A DNA stretch of 64,000 bases from an uncultured candidate division Zixibacteria bacterium (GTDB taxonomy: Bacteria > Zixibacteria > MSB-5A5 > GN15 > FEB-12): NCBI GenBank assembly GCA_963664195.1, contig OY760907.1:2848001-2912000 (forward strand), read 5' to 3'. Shown here in pieces: positions 1 through 8,061 of this stretch; the first letter of the stretch is position 1, and each line of letters begins with the position of its first letter. The position numbers and the translations under genes were made by a program. The notes beneath the pieces are model-generated. The model made no database searches, was not told where the DNA came from, and saw nothing but the letters and a program-made list of their open reading frames with translations.

Positions 1-114
1 CCCGGTTACATTTTGCAACTAATTTGCCCGCAAGTTTTTACGGAAATATGTTGATGGTGTGCAAGGATTGAACAGAGGGGGGGCGCGGCAGAAGGGGAAG
101 AGGTTGTCCCATAA

Positions 115-174
115 GTAGGTCGAAATCGTTGCGGTTTCGACTTTGACGTCAAAACCGCAGGGGTTTTGACCTAC
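115..174. repeat. Inverted REP doublet (GTAG + hairpin; REPIN-like)
   Basis: GTAG-GTCGAAATCGTTGCGGTTTCGAC at 115-141. The reverse complement of 148-174 is GTAG-GTCAAAACCCCTGCGGTTTTGAC. Both units fold into hairpins. Confidence 0.7.
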
Positions 175-218
175 TGGGCTGCTCGCTACAAATGCTGCGG
201 AGTCGCTTACGTTCGCGG

Positions 219-253
219 GTGTCCTCGCAGGTTTGAATACAGATCTCTGCTAC
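219..253 (-). repeat. Degenerate GTAG-REP, related to 33224-33258
   Basis: gtgtcctcgcaggtttgaatacagatctctgctac aligns with gtgtcctcgcaagtctgatgacagacatgcgctac at 33224. Confidence 0.5.
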
Positions 254-266
254 CAATGACAACCGG

Positions 267-293
267 GCAGCCCATCCCGTGCTCGGGTGGGAT
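267..293 (+). repeat. Degenerate copy of the RAYT-flanking REP
   Basis: gcagcccatcccgtgctcgggtgggat compared with gtggcccaacccgtgcctcgggtgggg at 2831. Confidence 0.55.
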
Positions 294-427
294 GCAAAGG
301 CGGACTTCACATTCGTCCCCTGCGAAGGCAACTTTCGGCTATCCGTGCTTGACTTAATCCGTCAACTGCTATAAGTTGGCCCGACCCCAGGTCACTTATA
401 CTATACTACGATCTTAGGAGATATATT

Positions 428-1333
428 ATGGCTCGCTCACTTTGTCAGATAACAGACTTAACAACTGAAGAGGTCCACAAAGTATTTGATCTGTGCCGGA
501 AGATGAAATCCGGGGAGATCGCCCCGAAGCCGCTGGCTGGCAAATCCGCCGCCTGCATCTTCACCAAAGAATCGCTGCGCACCCGAATCTCGTTCGAGGT
601 AGGGATCAGCGATCTCGGCGGTAATCCCATCTACGTCACCGGCAAAGAGATCAAACTCGGCGAACGCGAGACAGTCGCCGACGCCGCCCGTGTGCTCTCA
701 CGCTATGTCGGCCTCATTATGATAAGAACATTCAAACAGTCCGATGTCGAAGAACTGGCCAAGTACGCCTCGGTGCCGGTTGTCAACGGTCTGACCGACC
801 TTGTGCACCCCTGTCAGATCATGGGCGACTACATGACGGCGATGGAGCACCTTGAGAAGAAAGACCGCTTCTCGATCGCCTACCTTGGCGACGGCAACAA
901 CATCACCAACAGCTGGCTCAACCTGGCCTCGCTGATCCCGATCGACCTGCGCATCGGAACCGCCTCGGAAACTCCGCCGAACGCCGACTTGCTGAAGAAA
1001 GCCCAGGGCAACCCGGACAGCAAGATCACTCTGACGGAAGACCCGAAGGAAGCCGCCGCCGGAGCCGACGTGCTCTACACGGACGTCTGGGCTTCGATGG
1101 GGGAGAAGCACCTGGCCGACGAAAAGGCTGCGAAGCTTAAGGCGTACCAGCTCAACATGGGTTTGCTGAAGCTGGCCGACCCGAAGGCAATCGTCATGCA
1201 CTGCCTCCCGGCGGAGCGTGGCCGCGAGATCACTGACGAGGTGATCGACAGCCCGCAGTCAGTAGTCTTCGACGAGGCCGAAAACCGGCTTCACATCCAG
1301 AAGGCGATCATGGCCTTCCTGCTCGACCAGTAG
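428..1333 (+). CDS. argF: Ornithine carbamoyltransferase
   Basis: S(L)RT carbamoyl-phosphate motif, HPCQ, GDGNN, DVWASMG and HCLPA; AGGAG RBS upstream. Confidence 0.93.
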   Translation: MARSLCQITDLTTEEVHKVFDLCRKMKSGEIAPKPLAGKSAACIFTKESLRTRISFEVGISDLGGNPIYVTGKEIKLGERETVADAARVLSRYVGLIMIRTFKQSDVEELAKYASVPVVNGLTDLVHPCQIMGDYMTAMEHLEKKDRFSIAYLGDGNNITNSWLNLASLIPIDLRIGTASETPPNADLLKKAQGNPDSKITLTEDPKEAAAGADVLYTDVWASMGEKHLADEKAAKLKAYQLNMGLLKLADPKAIVMHCLPAERGREITDEVIDSPQSVVFDEAENRLHIQKAIMAFLLDQ

Positions 1334-1359
1334 GAACGCGACTGAACATGACCCATCCG

Positions 1360-1387
1360 AAAGCCCGCCGCCCGGCGGGCTTTCTTT
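1360..1387 (+). terminator. Intrinsic terminator after argF
   Basis: aaagcccgccg-cc-cggcgggcttt followed by cttt. Confidence 0.8.
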
Positions 1388-1404
1388 GTGAGGGGAGGCA
1401 GCCT

Positions 1405-1433
1405 CCGGTGGCCCATTCGTGCCTCGGGTGGGA
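1405..1433 (+). repeat. REP copy (RAYT-flanking family)
   Basis: ccggtggcccattcgtgcctcgggtggga, a near match to 2828-2857. Confidence 0.75.
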
Positions 1434-1438
1434 TATCG

Positions 1439-1468
1439 TTGTGGGCGGCAGACGCCCTCGTCTGCCCC
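1439..1468 (+). repeat. REP, second family (GTGG-GCGGCAGAC...GTCTGCCCC)
   Basis: Exact 30-nt inverted copy at 4843-4872; variants at 37172-37202 and 37214-37243. Confidence 0.8.
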
Positions 1469-1519
1469 TTCCTCGACTCGATCCCTGTGTGACTTTCGGC
1501 GATGAGTGCACGTTTGTCC

Positions 1520-1548
1520 TTGACATTGTGGAGTAGCGCGGTTATGTT
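1520..1548 (+). promoter_or_regulatory. sigma70-type promoter for the 1699 gene
   Basis: TTGACA-N17-TATGTT. Confidence 0.6.
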
Positions 1549-1698
1549 AAGTGGAGTTGGCCCGATAGTCGTAAGGGTCGGCGGAGTCTCACACGGCTCT
1601 TCTCCTGCGGGGGGGAGTGGCACTCAATTGATAGTACATCGCGTACTGTGCGGTAATGGCCCGACCGTCTGCGATACGTTTTGGTTGTATAAGGTAGT

Positions 1699-2730
1699 AT
1701 GAACATCTTGAAAAACATCCTGTTCGGTTTGGTGCTTCTGTTGGGTATTGTCGGGAGTAGTACCTTTGCCGGAGGTGGCAACGCCGATTTCACGGGTACA
1801 GCCGAAGGCATGAGCGTTGCTGAGTTTGTTTCAGCGTACTACGACGTTTATGTGATTGACACGTCGGGGGCTGAGCCGACGGTGCAGGCCATCATCGCAA
1901 CAAACGGTGACTTCTCAGAGTTGGAGGCGATGGGGGTCAGCACCAATGGGACTGTCTTTGACACTGTGTACGCGCACTTGCCAATCCATTTGATCGATTC
2001 CGTACGTCAACTTCCTTCTGTAATACGGCTTAGATTTTTGACATGGGACGAACGCATCAAGGGAACGTACTTGAGCGGCCATACATCCTGTGCCATTGAT
2101 ACAACAGGTGCAGAACCAATGATCGATGTAACCATCAGAACCACCACAGGTGACTTGTCAGAGTTGCAGGCCATGGGCATAGGAACAGGCGCAGCACTCA
2201 CCAATCGTAGTGGGGGCAAGACGATTCCAACCAGGATTCCCATTCGCCGCATGGGAGAGATTGCCGCTCTCCCTTCGGTGAAATCTGTAGCGCCGGCGGG
2301 GACAATCCCATCGCCTGGGATCAAGTTCTATCAAGAGAACTACTGCGCTATTGAGGGCCAAGTCCGCGGTCTGCCTCCCGGGGCGAGATACGGGCTGGGA
2401 GTCAATCTGGTCAAGTCGGAGGAAAGCTATAAGAACTGGTTCAGAACGGACGACGATGGAACGTTTGTCATCAACTCCCTTGATTCCGGCCTTTACACCT
2501 GTACCTTTCGGTTGTTAGTCCCTCTGAGTGTGACAGACGAGCAGACTGGAGACCGCTCAGCCGATAGGACTCTGTGTGATTCGGTTGTCATCGAGGACAT
2601 TCTTGTTCCCGAGGATGGGGCCGCCAAGAATGTGATTGTCGACTTCGGACCGCGATCAAACAGTGATTCGGACGCGCCCGGAGGGAACGATTGTGACCCC
2701 TGCAGGACTACATGGAAGGAGGTGCCCTGA
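1699..2730 (+). CDS. Secreted hypothetical protein with a tandem duplicated ~65-aa domain and a C-terminal beta-sandwich (carboxypeptidase-regulatory-like)
   Basis: Signal peptide. Repeats IDTSGAEPTV..GDFSELEAMG..LPSV and IDTTGAEPMI..GDLSELQAMG..LPSV. C-terminal IEGQV..TDDDGTFVINSLDSGLY. Confidence 0.7.
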   Translation: MNILKNILFGLVLLLGIVGSSTFAGGGNADFTGTAEGMSVAEFVSAYYDVYVIDTSGAEPTVQAIIATNGDFSELEAMGVSTNGTVFDTVYAHLPIHLIDSVRQLPSVIRLRFLTWDERIKGTYLSGHTSCAIDTTGAEPMIDVTIRTTTGDLSELQAMGIGTGAALTNRSGGKTIPTRIPIRRMGEIAALPSVKSVAPAGTIPSPGIKFYQENYCAIEGQVRGLPPGARYGLGVNLVKSEESYKNWFRTDDDGTFVINSLDSGLYTCTFRLLVPLSVTDEQTGDRSADRTLCDSVVIEDILVPEDGAAKNVIVDFGPRSNSDSDAPGGNDCDPCRTTWKEVP

Positions 2731-2827
2731 GACATCAAGTGAAACTCAGTATGGCGATTTGGCTCGCTTATGCAGTCTGTTGCCACATCGCTAGTCAGGG
2801 GGGACAACAGAGTACTCTCAGTCATGC

Positions 2828-3466
2828 CCGGTGGCCCAACCCGTGCCTCGGGTGGGGTCACAAGTCCAACAACAATCTACAGCGTCAGACGATCAATCTC
2901 CAGCACAATCCTCCCCTCGCCCTGATACCAGTTGTAGCTTGACCACGGCCAATCCGAAGGATGAGCCGCCAGTCCTCGTCGCACCGGATTCTTGTGACAA
3001 TACGCAATCTTCTCGCGAACATCCTCAGGCGTACGGCAATTGTGATCGTAGCACCGTCGCTGCCACAAAGCGCGACGACCGTCACTACGGAGCAAGACCT
3101 TATCCCTGAAAGCGGGGGCATTCAGAATCGCACGCGATGTCCAGGCCTTGAAGCGCCCGATTGCGTCGCCGAGATCGCATTGATCTGGCGGCCGCAGAAC
3201 AAGGCGAACGTGTTCCGGCATCAGTACCCAGCCGAAAACTCGGATGTGTCGATAGGTGCGGAGATGGGTCAGTCCCTCAAGCAGTATTGTTCTGGAGAGA
3301 AGTGTTGTCAGGTATCGGTATCGGCGATAGCAGGTGAAGGTGATGAATCGGGCGGTGCCGAGGTTGTCGAAATGTCGCAGTTTGGGCATGTTGCAGCATA
3401 GCGGGGCTGAGTGACAGGGCGTGTCAGTCATTTGTGCCCCACCCGAGGCACGGGTTGGGCCACCGG
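2828..3466. mobile_element. RAYT/REP locus: tnpA-REP gene between 30-bp perfect inverted REPs (2828-2857 and 3437-3466)
   Basis: ccggtggcccaacccgtgcctcgggtgggg at 2828-2857 and its exact reverse complement at 3437-3466; each is GTGG plus a hairpin. Confidence 0.85.
2877..3389 (-). CDS. REP-associated tyrosine transposase (RAYT, IS200-like Y1/HUH family); HUH motif reads HVR
   Basis: FITFTC, VLMPEHVRL, GRFKAWTS, LWQRRCYDH, YCHKNPVRRGL, DWPWSS. Start set at ATG 3389, inside the REP boundary. Confidence 0.88.
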   Translation of the reverse strand: MPKLRHFDNLGTARFITFTCYRRYRYLTTLLSRTILLEGLTHLRTYRHIRVFGWVLMPEHVRLVLRPPDQCDLGDAIGRFKAWTSRAILNAPAFRDKVLLRSDGRRALWQRRCYDHNCRTPEDVREKIAYCHKNPVRRGLAAHPSDWPWSSYNWYQGEGRIVLEIDRLTL

Positions 3467-3550
3467 ACCCAAGCTGTGGGGCACCGAAACTCCCGATTTC
3501 CAGCCGTCTCCCCGATTGACAAGCCCTCTCCTTTTCCGTATCAACATCAC

Positions 3551-3994
3551 ATGAAAGAGATTGCAAAATACAGTCGTTGCTTCGTTTGCGGGGACCAACA
3601 CGAACACGGCCTTCGGGCCAAGTTTCTCTGGGACGGCGAGAAGGCCGTCACCGAAGTTGTCGCGCTGGATCAGTTCGAGGGGTATCAGGGAATCTACCAC
3701 GGCGGGATCATTTCGACCCTTCTCGATGAGGTCATGATCAAGGCGATCCTCGCGCAGGATATCTTTGCCGTCACCGCCGAGATGACTGTTCGCTACCGTA
3801 AGCCGGTGAACACGGGGGACAAGCTGAGGTTTGTCGGTCGCGTGACCGGGAATCGACGTCGCGTGTACATGACCGAGGGAGAGGCAGTCGGCTCCGACGG
3901 CACCGTGTATGCCTCGGCCACAGGCAAGTACATTCAGGCCGACGAGCAACTTAAAGACCGGTTGATGACCTCGCTCGACGACGGGGAAGAGTGA
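3551..3994 (+). CDS. PaaI-family (hotdog fold) thioesterase
   Basis: CFVCG..HGL, EGYQGIYHGGIISTLLDE, TAEMTVRYRKPV. Confidence 0.88.
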   Translation: MKEIAKYSRCFVCGDQHEHGLRAKFLWDGEKAVTEVVALDQFEGYQGIYHGGIISTLLDEVMIKAILAQDIFAVTAEMTVRYRKPVNTGDKLRFVGRVTGNRRRVYMTEGEAVGSDGTVYASATGKYIQADEQLKDRLMTSLDDGEE

Positions 3995-4129
3995 CGCGAG
4001 TGTTACTTTTGGTGTGAAACCTCTGTAACACGTTTCACTGCTGGCGCAGGGTTTGTGGTCTAAGTTGTTGTAGGACAATCGCGTCGTCTTGGCGCTTTGG
4101 GCGGCACTGGAATTGCTGGAGTGAACCGT

Positions 4130-4642
4130 ATGACGAAAAAAGCGGGCCCGGTTGAATGCTATATCCACTCCTGTCCTCAGACCGACATGGAGGATTATCT
4201 CGAAACCAACGGTTTTGCGAAGGGAATGATTCTCTTTGCGATCCCGGGTTACGGGGTTCTATTCAAATGTCGGGCGGTCGGCGATCATCTAGATTTGGAG
4301 TTCGGCGCTTTCTTCTCGCTCCTTCGGTTTATCAAAACCTCGTTGGAAAAGGAGAAGATCAAGTCTGTCCGCGTGCATTCTTCTAATCCTGAATTCGTTT
4401 TCGCCCTGTCCAACGGCAGCAAGCATCTGGCTGAACACCCCGAACGCAAGGAAATGCTGACCAAGGCGCTTCAGTCGGCCAAGGTTGAGGTTTCGTACAT
4501 TCGGCGAGTTGACAACAAGGCGCTTATTTCTCCGGTGGAGTATCCTTCGACCCCGGAAAACCAGACACCGGCGATCAAGCCTTCTCCTGATGAACAAACC
4601 AAGATGCAGTTTAAGCCGATTCAGAAGGGCATCCTCCTCTAG
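4130..4642 (+). CDS. Hypothetical protein, possible degenerate RNase H-like fold
   Basis: Pattern HLDLEF..SVRVHSSN..YIRRVDNKA resembles RNase HI segments; start uncertain. Confidence 0.55.
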   Translation: MTKKAGPVECYIHSCPQTDMEDYLETNGFAKGMILFAIPGYGVLFKCRAVGDHLDLEFGAFFSLLRFIKTSLEKEKIKSVRVHSSNPEFVFALSNGSKHLAEHPERKEMLTKALQSAKVEVSYIRRVDNKALISPVEYPSTPENQTPAIKPSPDEQTKMQFKPIQKGILL

Positions 4643-4699
4643 CCTTCAGGGACCCAGGCCTTCAGTTGCCTGCCCGCTCGATACACACTCTCAATTGTG

Positions 4700-4731
4700 A
4701 AGCGCCGTCATTTCTCTGGCGGCGTTTTTTT
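4700..4731 (+). terminator. Intrinsic terminator
   Basis: aagcgccgtca-tttctc-tggcggcgtt followed by a T run. Confidence 0.75.
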
Positions 4732-4773
4732 GTGTGGGAAGCGGAGGTTGACGTCTGCGGTGGGAAAGAAGAT

Positions 4774-4919
4774 GGCAGAACCGCTCCGTGATCTCTGGTT
4801 GGCGGGCAAGTTCATCTATTCGGGTTCTGCCCTACAAGATTTGGGGCAGACGAGGGCGTCTGCCGCCCACAAAATGTCAGGCCAGAGGACAGCCACTCGG
4901 TGGCGTTGGCCTGACCTAC
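4774..4919 (-). repeat. Cluster of three different REP-like hairpins, all on the minus strand
   Basis: GTAG-GGCAGAACC...GGTTCTGCC (4774-4835), GTGG-GCGGCAGAC...GTCTGCCCC (4843-4872) and GTAG-GTCAGGCCA...TGGCCTGAC (4876-4919). Confidence 0.7.
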
Positions 4920-5046
4920 GGGGCCTGCTGGTTCGTCGATGAACACCTCCAGAACATAGTCTTTTCGTTGCACATATTGTGAAAGCAGCCCTGTCCTGAT
5001 ACCGCGAAATCCGACCAGCCTATCCCCGGGGATTCATACACGCGCT

Positions 5047-5946
5047 TTGGATCAGCGCACTGTCCTCCTGTCGTTCAACAACTTAGCATACTATCGGGAT
5101 AAGGGCACGGGGCTTGCTTCAGCCTCATTCGTGAGAAACAATATAACAGACAGCGTCAGGGTGGTACGAGTCGATCAGGTCAACTCGTACGAATGGGTCG
5201 ATCAAAACGACACCTCATACCTGGAAAGATCGGCCGACCCGAATGTGGTTCGCCATCCGTTTATGACGGTACAGACGGCCGAGGACAGTTTCCTGCTCCT
5301 TGAAGGTGCCGCGTATTTTCACCATCTTAAAAGCCTGGGGCTTGAGCACGTTCCGGTGCAAATTTGCAGTGAGGACACGGTCGAGTTGAGTTCGGGCCGA
5401 CTGGTGTTGTTTGGTTTTTCTTTGCCGGATTTGACGAGACTCTCGTTGGTTCATCCGGACCAGGTGATAATCGATGAGAATAACCATCCCAGCCCTCCGA
5501 GTTTCGTCAGCGGCAAGATGGAGTTCCCTGATCGGGATCCGATCACGATTCATTTCCGCCACTCCAGTATGTCTGGCTGTCCGACTGCGATGGATTTCCT
5601 TTTCAGGACGATTCTCTCAAAGGGACGGTATCAGAAGGGGCAGAAATCCGGCACGCGTCCGGACACGCCTTTCAGAGTGGATGAGCCGAGTGCCTGGCTG
5701 ACGCTTCCGGCGTTCACGCTGGTTGACATGATCAGCGCTGCCTCTTCGGATAGGTATTTCCCGCCGTCAGTTCTCAACCTGCGGACACCGTTCCGCATCT
5801 TCAATATCGATTTCCCTCTGTCCGTTCTGGAGTCGGACCTGCCGCGCGAGGAGAAGGAAGCCTTCCTCAGAGATCTCATCCTGTTCCGTGAACAGGCCCG
5901 CCGTACGACCTATTTCGAAGGCCCGGTTTACATCCTCAATCGATAA
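5047..5946 (+). CDS. Hypothetical protein, ParB/Srx-like (SbnI/SerK serine-kinase-like), divergent
   Basis: VVRHPFMTV..FLLLEG..LKSLGLEHVPVQI and C-terminal FPP..RIFNIDFPLSVL..YFEGPVY; start uncertain. Confidence 0.55.
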   Translation: MDQRTVLLSFNNLAYYRDKGTGLASASFVRNNITDSVRVVRVDQVNSYEWVDQNDTSYLERSADPNVVRHPFMTVQTAEDSFLLLEGAAYFHHLKSLGLEHVPVQICSEDTVELSSGRLVLFGFSLPDLTRLSLVHPDQVIIDENNHPSPPSFVSGKMEFPDRDPITIHFRHSSMSGCPTAMDFLFRTILSKGRYQKGQKSGTRPDTPFRVDEPSAWLTLPAFTLVDMISAASSDRYFPPSVLNLRTPFRIFNIDFPLSVLESDLPREEKEAFLRDLILFREQARRTTYFEGPVYILNR

Positions 5947-6101
5947 AAAATAGTTGAATCATACTGCTGTCAGGGCTACACTGAGCCGTGGCAGCAGCGT
6001 GTCTGTTGCAGTGAGCAGGTATCAATGTTGACACCGCAGGGCGGCCTGGTGGCGTTGGTTTCGACCTGCGGACAACAAGACTTCGGTGGTTTGGCGACAA
6101 C

Positions 6102-6130
6102 AAGAAAACCCCGCGAATGGAATCACGGGG
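6102..6130 (-). terminator. Intrinsic terminator of rpsT
   Basis: Minus strand CCCCGTGA-TTCCAT-TCGCGGGG-TTTTCTT. Confidence 0.7.
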
Positions 6131-6167
6131 CGGGAAATTTCTCTAATTGGAAAAGCGTACTGAAAAC

Positions 6168-6422
6168 TTATCCGAGCTTCTGGACGAACTTCGTCAGGCG
6201 GGACTTGTTGCGGTCGGCGTTACGTCTGTGGATCAGATGGTAGCCGGCAGCCTTGTCCAGCAGTGCCGTGGCGTCTTTCAGTTTCTTCTGGGCTTCTTCT
6301 TTATTCGTTTCGGTGCGCACCTCTTTTACAGCAGAGCGCAGCTTGGTCCGGAAAGCGCGGTTTCTCAGGCGTTCAGCCTCGGAAGTTTTTACCCGCTTGG
6401 CGCAAGACTTGTGGTTCGGCAA
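6168..6422 (-). CDS. rpsT: 30S ribosomal protein S20
   Basis: MPNHKSCAKRVKTSEAERLRNRAFRTKLRSAVK..LDKAA..IHRRNADRNKSRL. Confidence 0.96.
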   Translation of the reverse strand: MPNHKSCAKRVKTSEAERLRNRAFRTKLRSAVKEVRTETNKEEAQKKLKDATALLDKAAGYHLIHRRNADRNKSRLTKFVQKLG

Positions 6423-6483
6423 TTTCTACCCTTTCAGCATGTTATTCACAAATTAGCCTCTAAATATAGTCGGCACTTGAGAT

Positions 6484-8061
6484 TTGTCAACCAGTAAGGT
6501 AAAGAAAAGCTCCCTGTTTGCCTCAGCAGGTCTGGTGTCGGCAGCGACCGCGTTTTCCCGCGTTCTCGGGCTGATACGTGAGCAGATCATGGCGTACTAT
6601 TTCGGGGCCTCTCTGGCCACAGACGCTTTTGTCGCGGCCTTCCGAATCCCCAACCTCCTGCGTGACATGTTTGCGGAGGGGGCACTCTCTGCGGCCTTTG
6701 TGCCGGTGTTCAAGGAAAAGCTTGTCAACGAGGCAGAGGACGAGGCGTTTTCGCTCGCCCGGACCGTTATAACCGCGATCCTGACATTTGTTGGCGCGAT
6801 TGTGTTGCTTGGTATTGTGGCAACGCCGGTGATCGTCTTTATCTCGGCCAAGGGGTTCACAGCCGACCCGGTGAAGTTTGATCTGACGATCAGCCTGACG
6901 CGAATCATGTTCGCCTACCTCCTGTTAGTGTCGCTTTCGGCAATGATCATGGGGATGCTCAACTCGTTCGGCAGGTTCGGCATTCCGGCGTTTTCTCCGG
7001 CGCTGTTCAATCTGGGAATCATTGCGACCGTGATCGCGTTCCAGGGGTTTTTCGAGGTGCCGATCTACGCGATGGCCATTGGTGTGCTGATAGGGGGACT
7101 CGGGCAGCTTCTTATCCAGGTGCCGCCGCTGCTTCGACTCGGATTTCGATTCCAGTTCAGATTCAATTTTCTTGATCCGGCACTGAAACGAGTGCTGAGA
7201 CTTTTCTGGCCGATGGTGGCCGGGATGTCTGCCGGGCGGGTCAACATTCTGGTGAGCACATTGTTGGCCTCGTTTCTGGTTGAGGGATCGCTTTCGTACC
7301 TGAGTTATGCTTTCCGGCTGATGCATTTCCCGCTGGGCGTGTTTGCGGTTGCGTTAGGAACGGTGGCGTTGCCAAGCGCTTCAGAAGTTGCGGCCAAGAA
7401 TGACATGAAGGCGATGGAGAAGACGTTTGCCGAATCAATCAACCTGAATATGTTCCTGGTGATTCCCTCGGCTGTTTTTCTGGCACTGATCGGGCAGGAT
7501 ATGGTGGCGTTGATTTATCAATGGGGTAAGTTCACGGGCGTAGATACGGCCAACACGGCGCGGGCGCTCTGGCATTATTCTTACGGTTTGATAGGGTTTG
7601 CCGGGGTGCGGGTGACGGTGCCGTTCTATTATGCATTGAAGGATTCCAAGCTGCCGATGAGGGTTTCCATTATCACGGTGGCGCTCAATCTGGTGCTGTA
7701 CTATCCGTTGATCAAGCTCTGGAGTTTTGCCGGATTGGCGGCAGCGACCTCGATGGCCGGACTGGCGAATCTTGGCCTGTTGCTGTATTTCCTTCCCTCG
7801 CGGAACGTGAAAGTAAGTTACGGGCACTTGCTCCTAAATACCGTGCGGATCGTTCTAGCCGCTGTTGCTGCGGTGGCACTGGCCAGGTTTGTGCCGATTG
7901 ACCTTTCGGTAGGTCAGACCGAAGTAGTCGGGCGCGTTCTCAATCTGGGCGGGACGCTTGGCATTGCAGCGGTACTATATATAGTGTTCTGCTGGCTCCT
8001 GCGAGTCAGCGAAGTGACAAAAGTCGGGGGGAGTCTTTTTGGAACGTTTACGCGGAAGTGA
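6484..8061 (+). CDS. murJ: Lipid II flippase MurJ (MviN)
   Basis: SRVLGLIRE, TDAFVAAFRIPNLLRDMFAEGALSAAFVP, YAFRLMHFPLGVF; many TM helices. Confidence 0.95.
   Translation: MSTSKVKKSSLFASAGLVSAATAFSRVLGLIREQIMAYYFGASLATDAFVAAFRIPNLLRDMFAEGALSAAFVPVFKEKLVNEAEDEAFSLARTVITAILTFVGAIVLLGIVATPVIVFISAKGFTADPVKFDLTISLTRIMFAYLLLVSLSAMIMGMLNSFGRFGIPAFSPALFNLGIIATVIAFQGFFEVPIYAMAIGVLIGGLGQLLIQVPPLLRLGFRFQFRFNFLDPALKRVLRLFWPMVAGMSAGRVNILVSTLLASFLVEGSLSYLSYAFRLMHFPLGVFAVALGTVALPSASEVAAKNDMKAMEKTFAESINLNMFLVIPSAVFLALIGQDMVALIYQWGKFTGVDTANTARALWHYSYGLIGFAGVRVTVPFYYALKDSKLPMRVSIITVALNLVLYYPLIKLWSFAGLAAATSMAGLANLGLLLYFLPSRNVKVSYGHLLLNTVRIVLAAVAAVALARFVPIDLSVGQTEVVGRVLNLGGTLGIAAVLYIVFCWLLRVSEVTKVGGSLFGTFTRK

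Noticed and set aside
2828..3466. Classical IS with terminal inverted repeats
   Set aside because: The enzyme is a Y1/HUH RAYT rather than DDE, the repeats are GTGG hairpins with dispersed copies, and no target-site duplication flanks them.
3390..3566. N-terminal extensions of the RAYT (to 3566) and thioesterase (from 3434) ORFs
   Set aside because: They run through the REP and the divergent promoter region; family-like sequence starts at 3389 and 3551.
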